Below are positions 61,576-64,000 of a DNA stretch of 64,000 bases, in pieces. The stretch comes from Mobula hypostoma (Eukaryota). Position numbers and translations under genes: made by a program. The stretch spans positions 90,894,001 to 90,958,000 of the forward strand of contig NC_086108.1 in the NCBI RefSeq assembly GCF_963921235.1, read 5' to 3'. Position 1 is the stretch's first letter, and every line of letters begins with the position of its first letter. A model generated the notes under the pieces. The model did not search any database, was not told the DNA's origin, and saw only the letters and a program-made list of their open reading frames with translations.

Positions 61576-62892
61576 TTCTGTTCTTGAGAAATGTTCACAA
61601 CCTGAACTGTTTGTAAGTTGGAAACGAGCCTAAACAATGTCTGGGAGAATGTCACAGAAACAGCTGCAGTTGTGGCAAGAACAGCAGCCAGCCAGGTTCA
61701 CTGCCTCAGTGAATGAGCAAATATGTCTGCCTGGCATTCCCAGTTCTGCTTAGCTTGTTTCAACTTCCGAGTGTTATGGCTCAGGTTGGAATGTGCGGAG
61801 GAGAAGGAAGGCACACAGAAATGGCTTGTTCCCACCCAGGAGAAGATGTCAATAATCCACAGCAACTGGCAAATTTATCCCATCCATTCTGCAGTTCTCC
61901 CAAATAATCTGGGGAATACTAGTAATGTAATTCTGATGGACAAAATGTATTTTTTATATCTTCGCAAGTGTAAGAGGCTTGTGAGCATTTCATTATAGTC
62001 CCAGTGCTAACTTTAGATATGCTAACCAATCCTCTCCATAATATTTTAATTCTCAAGATTTTCATCAATCTTACTACCAAATTATCTTTCTGCTATGGTT
62101 TACCAATTAAGGTTAATGTTGAGGCTAATTTAAACCTGCAGTCGTAATTTTATTTGCTATTTGGCCCTTTAACTGTCAAATAACAATGTTGAAGTGAGCA
62201 TTACAGTGACTAACCTCTGAACTATGTGCACAGCATTAGCATGTTGAGAGATGTGTAATTACGTTTTGGTTTATGTACAGAAAACGGGTTCAACATTATT
62301 TTCATCTCCGAATGCCTGCAGGTCTTTTAAGTAATTGTGAATGTTTGAACTTTTCTGCATAATTTTATTGTACACTTTATAACTTTCTGCATAATGGCAA
62401 TGTCATATTAAATGAAACCTGTTACAGCATGTGCAATCTTTGGAAGAGCTGAAATTTGAAAAAAAATCTTTAACTTTTGACAAGTAAGGAAATTAATTTT
62501 TAATGTAAAGACTGTCTAAATATAAACTTAAGAATTTAAATGCATTGCAGAGTGTTTATTTTACTAGAGTATACAAATCTAAAAATATATTTCCTTCTAT
62601 TATATCTTGCAGTTGTGAGATTTCATTAATAATTAAATTAAATACGGCATAATAAATTAAATTGTTTTTTTTTATTTTACTTGATCTAGCTGTGGCACCA
62701 TATGGTATTTATTCATAGCCATTCTGGTAGATATCCACTATAAAGTTGATGTGAATAGGCACAAATTAGGCTGAAGTTCAATGTCTAGTGATTTTCTTGG
62801 TGTTACACACCTATAGCACCAAGGTGAATATACCAGCTCCTTTATGAAGAGCCAAAGGCTTCCGAGCCTGGACAATTTACATTGCATTGCCA

Positions 62893-62990
62893 GCTGATAG
62901 TGCTGTTGCCTCTTTCAGTCAGAGGTTTCTAGGTTCAAGTCTCACTCCAGAGACTTGTGTAGCAGTGCATGGAATTTCCTGCAGATGTCG
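62893..62990 (+). mobile_element. tRNA-like SINE head (ancient)
   Basis: GCCTCTTTCAGTCAGAGGTTTCTAGGTTCAAGTCTCACTCCAGAGACTTG, containing a B-box-like GGTTCAAGTC. Confidence 0.5.
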
Positions 62991-63469
62991 GAAAACTGAG
63001 ATAAAAGTAAAAAAATGCTTGAGATAGTCAGCATATGGAGAGAGCGCAGACTTGACATCTTAGGTAAAGCGACCATCCATTTGAACAAGGAAGTTAGAAA
63101 TTAAACACATTTTAAATCAAGGGAACCTGGAGTAAGCCAAGAGAAAATGAGAGGCATAAAAAGTCATTCCTTATTATTGGCATGGATATCTTACTGATTT
63201 GTACATCTTTATTCAACAGGATATTATAACCAATGTTTCTCCAAGAATTATACGTGGAATGACTTCTGGCCCAATCTATGGCCCTGGACAGAGTTCTTTC
63301 CTAAACATTGAACTCATCAGTGAGAAAACATGTGCATACTGGTGCAAAAGCATCACAGAATTAAAGGCTGATTTTCCAAATAACGTGAGTACCGTAACCG
63401 TTTTGAATTTGCCTTGTCGAGTTGTTCTTACATTTATGGAACTAAAGTTCTATTTTGTTACATAAAGGG

Positions 63470-63795
63470 CAGGATAAGGATTAGCTGTATTTGTCACACA
63501 CTCATCAAAACACCGAAATACTGTATACAGTGAAATCTGTCATTTTGTGTCAACAGCCAACAGAGTTAGAGGATGCGTTGGGGTGCATCCCACAAATGTC
63601 GCCATGCTTCCAGCGTCAATAGAGCATTCCCCCTACTTACTAATCTTAACCTTTGCGTCTTTGGACTGTGCGAGGAAACCCACATGATCACGGGGAGAAC
63701 ATAAAATGTCATTATAGACACCAGTGGGAATTGAGCCCGAATCTTAACAGCTGGCACTGCGGAGCAGTACACTAATCACTGCACTACCGTTCCAC
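63470..63795 (-). mobile_element. V-SINE
   Basis: CTTTGGACTGTGCGAGGAAACCCACATGATCACGGGGAGAAC; reverse B-box-like GGGAATTGAGCCC. Confidence 0.8.
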
Positions 63796-64000
63796 ACCCT
63801 ACTCTGCTCTGCTTCCCCCCTATGCTACTGTATCATACCACACAATTTACAAATTATCGTCTTGACTTTCAATGTAGAAATAATCTTAAAATTCTTCGCA
63901 TCTGAATATCTTTGGTTCTCCCGGTGCTTTGTGGACTTGCAAAATGAAGTAGGGAGTGAGGAACATGTTCATTGTCTCCTGATTTTCAGAGTGCAGCCAT

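Noticed and set aside
1..64000. Host protein-coding gene or exons
   Set aside because: All ORFs with recognisable motifs are TE-derived, and the rest look like chance or antisense frames. I found no convincing spliced exon chain; small exons cannot be excluded without alignment.

Overview
This is eukaryotic, repeat-dense genomic DNA with no host protein-coding gene, rRNA, tRNA gene or CRISPR array that I can support. The repeat complement (CR1/HER1-type LINEs, Rex1/Babar LINEs, V-SINEs, Penelope-like elements, RTE, L2) points to a cartilaginous fish, probably a ray; this is inference from recalled repeat families. Every ORF I could assign to a family is a decayed retroelement or transposon fragment. 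Well-delimited elements are: a near full-length, decayed Ty3/Gypsy LTR retrotransposon (8342-13169, minus; two ~200-bp LTRs, tRNA-Leu PBS, 5-bp TSD); an internally deleted Chapaev3 DNA transposon with perfect 14-bp TIRs and a TAA TSD (1185-1977); two non-autonomous Tc1 copies; two RTE fragments; and a possible ERV 3' end with PPT and LTR. The most interesting system is a Penelope-like element (PLE) family whose terminal repeat carries a minimal hammerhead-ribozyme motif (AGTC-CTGAYGA-A-GGGTCTCGGCCC-GAAA-CGTC-GACT). It occurs as one RT + GIY-YIG remnant and at least 7 short derivatives. Five of these are fold-back mini-elements, and several derivatives have 14-23 bp target-site duplications. 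Several AT-rich, TAAT-dense unique blocks are candidate conserved non-coding elements, suggesting a gene desert or a large intron.
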